Assembly (NCBI GenBank): GCA_027058735.1
Contig: JALURZ010000070.1
Coordinates: 1-35,021, forward strand
Direction: 5' to 3'
DNA length: 35,021 bases
Source: Hyphomicrobiales bacterium
GTDB lineage: Bacteria; Pseudomonadota; Alphaproteobacteria; Rhizobiales; JALURZ01
The notes beneath the pieces were generated by a model. The model worked only from the letters and a program-made list of their open reading frames with translations. It had not been told where the DNA came from and did no database searches. The position numbers were made by a program, and so were the translations under genes. This document shows, piece by piece, positions 31,896 to 35,021 of the stretch (within the stretch, counting starts at the first letter, position 1; the number at the start of each line of letters is the position of its first letter).

Positions 31896-32767
31896 CACTC
31901 GCGCATCTCGCCAATGAGCCCCTGCGGGCGTCTGATCATCAACAACACCAGCACGGCGCCGAACACGATGCCCTGTATTGGGGCCACCAGACGGCCCAGT
32001 TCGGGCGCGAGCGGCAGGAAACGCAAGGCCTCCTGAATGACCATCACAAGGCCGGCGCCGAGGATCGGCCCGGCGATGGTTCCCTTGCCCCCCAGCACCA
32101 GGCACAGCAACAGAAGGATGGTCGTCTGCACGGTGAAATCATTGGGGCTGATATAGGTCAGGTAGTGCGCCCACAACGCCCCGGCAAGCCCGGCCGCAGC
32201 GGCGCTGACGCACATGGCGCGGCGCTTGAAGGCCTTCACATCCCTGGCGAATGCCATGGCGACGTTTTCGTCTTCGCGAATGAGTTTCAGCGTGCGCCCG
32301 AACGGTGCGCGCTGCAACACGCCGAGGCCGGCCAGCGCAAGCGCCGCGAGGGCAGCGGCGATCACCAGAAACTGCACCAGCGAGGTCGGCGCCATGCCCA
32401 GCCATTCGGGCCGCGGTATCGCGGGTATGCCCATGGGGCCCCCGGTCGCCCAGCGCTCGTTGAGCGCCAGCAGGCGGATCATTTCGGCGAATGCAAGGCT
32501 GGCAATGCCGAAATAGTCGCCCCTCATGCGCAGCAGGGGCACCGAGATCAGCAGCCCGGCGAGTGCCGCCACCACGATCGCCGCGAGCATGGACAGCCCG
32601 ATGGGCGCCCCGCCGGTGGACAAGATGGCGCTCGCATAGGCGCCGATGGCGAAAAACGCCACCTGCCCGAAATTGTAAAGACCGCTCACCCCAAGCTGCA
32701 GATTGAGCGAGGCCGCAAACACCATGAAAATGACCGCCATGATGGCGATATGCAGCAGATAATCCAT
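31895..32767 (-). CDS. livM: Branched-chain-amino-acid-type ABC transporter permease (LivM-like)
   Basis: SLNLQLGVSGLYNFGQVAFFAIGAY, LRMRGDYFGIASLAFAE, LVLGGKGTIAGPILGA, RPQGL. Confidence 0.9.
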   Translation of the reverse strand: MDYLLHIAIMAVIFMVFAASLNLQLGVSGLYNFGQVAFFAIGAYASAILSTGGAPIGLSMLAAIVVAALAGLLISVPLLRMRGDYFGIASLAFAEMIRLLALNERWATGGPMGIPAIPRPEWLGMAPTSLVQFLVIAAALAALALAGLGVLQRAPFGRTLKLIREDENVAMAFARDVKAFKRRAMCVSAAAAGLAGALWAHYLTYISPNDFTVQTTILLLLCLVLGGKGTIAGPILGAGLVMVIQEALRFLPLAPELGRLVAPIQGIVFGAVLVLLMIRRPQGLIGEMRE

Positions 32768-33636
32768 CAGCGCACACCCGTCCTGCCCGCGAACAGCCCC
32801 TGCGGCCGGAACAGCAGCAGCAGAAAGATAATCGCGAAGGCGATGAAATCCTTGTAGCCGGGCGATATCACCGCCGTTGACAGGTTTTCCGCCGTCCCGA
32901 TCAGGAGCCCGCCAATGAGCGCCCCAAACACATTGCCGGGGCCGCCGATGAGCACGGCGGCGAACGCCTTGATGAGGCCGGAAAGCCCCATAAACGGATC
33001 GAGATTTGAATCAAGGCCGACGAGCACCCCACCAAGGGCGGCGAGGCCCGCTCCCAGGACCCAGACCGCGATGCGCACGGCTGCCAGCGGCAGGCCGTAG
33101 ATGGCGGCCAGATCCGGATTGTTGGCGAAGGCGCGCATGTATTTGCCGATGCGCGTTTTTCTGAGCAGCCAGTGGAGAGCGGCAAACGACGCGGCGGCCG
33201 CCGCCACCATGGCAATCTGCACATGGGTGACGCGCACCCCCATGAGATCGACCGTTCCCTCGAATGCGACGGGATAGGATTTCAGATCGCCGCCAAAGGC
33301 AAGCTGCAGGGCGCTGCGCAAAACGTATGACGCGCCGATCGAGGCGATCAGAATCGTGACCGCGGCTTTTTTCCGCAGCGGCCGGAACGCGATCCGTTCG
33401 GTGCCAAGCGCGATTATGGCGCTCAGCGCCAGCGCCGGCGCCAGCGCCGCCGCGAAGCTCAGCGACAGCGGCGGCAGCATGAACAGCAACAGGCCATAAG
33501 CACCCCAGGCGATCAGCTCGCCATGGGCGAAATTGATGAAACGAAACGTGCCGTAGACCATGGTCAGACCGACCGCGAACAGCGCATAGGTGGCGCCGCT
33601 GGCCAGCCCGCTGATCAGAAGTTCGACATAATACAT
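32767..33636 (-). CDS. livH: Branched-chain-amino-acid-type ABC transporter permease (LivH-like)
   Basis: Start reassigned to ATG 33636. YALFAVGLTMVYG...INFAHGE, TRIGKYMRA, KAFAAVLIGG, FRPQGLF. Confidence 0.9.
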   Translation of the reverse strand: MYYVELLISGLASGATYALFAVGLTMVYGTFRFINFAHGELIAWGAYGLLLFMLPPLSLSFAAALAPALALSAIIALGTERIAFRPLRKKAAVTILIASIGASYVLRSALQLAFGGDLKSYPVAFEGTVDLMGVRVTHVQIAMVAAAAASFAALHWLLRKTRIGKYMRAFANNPDLAAIYGLPLAAVRIAVWVLGAGLAALGGVLVGLDSNLDPFMGLSGLIKAFAAVLIGGPGNVFGALIGGLLIGTAENLSTAVISPGYKDFIAFAIIFLLLLFRPQGLFAGRTGVR

Positions 33637-33737
33637 CGACCGGCCCCCGGCCATGGCGAGTCGCCGGCCGTCTTCAACCAAGCACCAGGACATGAAGGCC
33701 GGCCCGCCCCGGGCACAGAGGCCGGCATTCGGCAGTT

Positions 33738-34859
33738 CTAGGGCTTGAAATCGGCTATTTTGCCGTCCTTGACGATCCAGGCGCCATACGTCGCGTTGAC
33801 AATGTCGCCATTCGCGTCAAAGGCCTTGTTGCCGGTTGCCCCGTCATAGGCCTTGCCGGCATCCGCAAGTGCCGCGCGCACCGCATCCGCGGTGTAGGCG
33901 GACGCATTGCCGATGGCTTTTGCAACGACCATGACCATGTCGTAGTTGTAGCCGCCGAAAATCGGCAGTTTCGCATCGCCATGCGCTTGCGCCCAGGCTT
34001 TCGCATAGGCCTTGAAGGCGGCAGCGTCCTTGGCGACCTTGGGGAAGGTGCCCACCACCCCCTCCGCCGCGCCGCCGGCAAGTTCCACGAACTTTGGCGA
34101 GCGGGTGGCCGATCCCATCACCCATTTGGGCGCAAAGCCCGCCTGCTTGGCCTGTTTGAGCATGGTTGCGCCCTCCTTCACATAGGTGAGGTTGACGACG
34201 TGGGTCGTGGCGTAGTTCTTCAGCCTGAGAACTTCGGCGCGATAGTCCGCCTTGCCTTCGTCATGCGCGAACTCACCGGCGATTTCGCCGCCGGCAGCGA
34301 TGAACTCCCGCTTGAACGTATCGGCCAGGCCGACACCCCAGTCATTATTGACATAGGTCAGCGCCACCTTCCTGACGCCCAGGTCGTTCACCAGTTTCGA
34401 GACCCCCTTGCCCTGAAGCGCATCGGAAGGAAACACCCGGTACACGTAGCTGCCGCAATCGGAGATCTTGGCGGCCGCGCTTTCCGCAGCCACCAGGACC
34501 ACGCCGGCAGTTTGCGCGATCGGGCATACGGCGAGAAAATTCGTGCTCGCGGCGGGGCCGAAAATCACCGGCACCTTCGACACATTGATCAGTTTCTGAA
34601 TGGCCGAGACAGAACCCTGGGACGTCGACTGGTTGTCTTCGAACAATATGCGGATTTTCTTGCCCGCGACGCCGCCGGCGGCGTTGATCTTGTTAACGGC
34701 GACCAGCATGGCCTTCTGAAAACCCTCGCCGTAAATCGACAGTTTGCCGGAAAGCGGCGTCACCGCGCCGATTTCCAAGGGTTCGCCCGCGCCGGCATGC
34801 GCCCCCGACAGCCCGAGCGCCACAACCGCGGCCGCCGAAATTCGCACCAGAGTTTTCAT
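33738..34859 (-). CDS. ABC transporter substrate-binding protein, LivJ/LivK (type I PBP) family
   Basis: Start reassigned to ATG 34859 after GGGAG (373 aa). Signal peptide MKTLVRISAAAVVALGLSGAHA, IGAVTPLSG, INAAGGVAG, YRVFPSDALQG, YVNNDWG, FDANGD. Confidence 0.92.
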   Translation of the reverse strand: MKTLVRISAAAVVALGLSGAHAGAGEPLEIGAVTPLSGKLSIYGEGFQKAMLVAVNKINAAGGVAGKKIRILFEDNQSTSQGSVSAIQKLINVSKVPVIFGPAASTNFLAVCPIAQTAGVVLVAAESAAAKISDCGSYVYRVFPSDALQGKGVSKLVNDLGVRKVALTYVNNDWGVGLADTFKREFIAAGGEIAGEFAHDEGKADYRAEVLRLKNYATTHVVNLTYVKEGATMLKQAKQAGFAPKWVMGSATRSPKFVELAGGAAEGVVGTFPKVAKDAAAFKAYAKAWAQAHGDAKLPIFGGYNYDMVMVVAKAIGNASAYTADAVRAALADAGKAYDGATGNKAFDANGDIVNATYGAWIVKDGKIADFKP

Positions 34860-34867
34860 GATATTCT

Positions 34868-34901
34868 CCCTGTATGTCCAGGCGCCCTGTATGTCCAGGC
34901 G
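34868..34901. repeat. Perfect 17-bp tandem direct repeat abutting the SBP ribosome-binding site
   Basis: CCCTGTATGTCCAGGCG at 34868-34884 and again at 34885-34901. Confidence 0.9.
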
Positions 34902-35021
34902 CCGGCCCGGATCATATGTATTGCCGGATTGCGAATGTTTGCAAGGCCGGAGCCTCACTCTACCCCAGGCGCGCATGGCGACAAAGAGAAGAATCGGTCA
35001 ACACGGCCGCGTTCCGGCAAG

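Noticed and set aside
33698-33726. GCCGGCC/GGCCGGC hairpin between the SBP gene and livH
   Set aside because: Ordinary intercistronic stem of the kind often found after SBP genes in ABC operons.
34868-34903. Direct repeats as the edge of a CRISPR array
   Set aside because: Only two contiguous 17-bp units, with no spacer and no cas genes.

Overview
High-GC alphaproteobacterial (Hyphomicrobiales-like, inferred from gene order) chromosomal segment, mostly housekeeping. The backbone runs hemB, ilvA, bpt, parC, recO, era, rnc, lepB, acpS, pdxJ, DUF2062, rel/spoT, rpoZ, folK, NYN, udg. It is interleaved with a partial CPA2 antiporter, icmF, dps, an SLC13 permease, two DMT transporters, an orphan Zn-ribbon protein, an aldehyde dehydrogenase, a class III nucleotide cyclase, a PagL-like barrel and a Liv-type ABC importer. 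I see no tRNA, rRNA, CRISPR array, transposase or prophage, and no clear multi-gene novel system. The most notable signals are: (1) a 268-bp MITE-like element with 34-bp terminal inverted repeats and two related internal hairpin arms, sitting on the rpoZ stop codon upstream of rel/spoT; (2) acpS with no canonical start, having ATA in an ATAA overlap behind a perfect Shine-Dalgarno; (3) a cyclase inserted between era and recO with Asp at the adenine-specifying Lys position; (4) a CPA2 antiporter with DS in place of the ion-binding DD; (5) an orphan Zn-ribbon gene divergent from parC; (6) two REP-like doublets and a perfect 17-bp tandem duplication. All calls come from reading motifs by eye; no database search was run.
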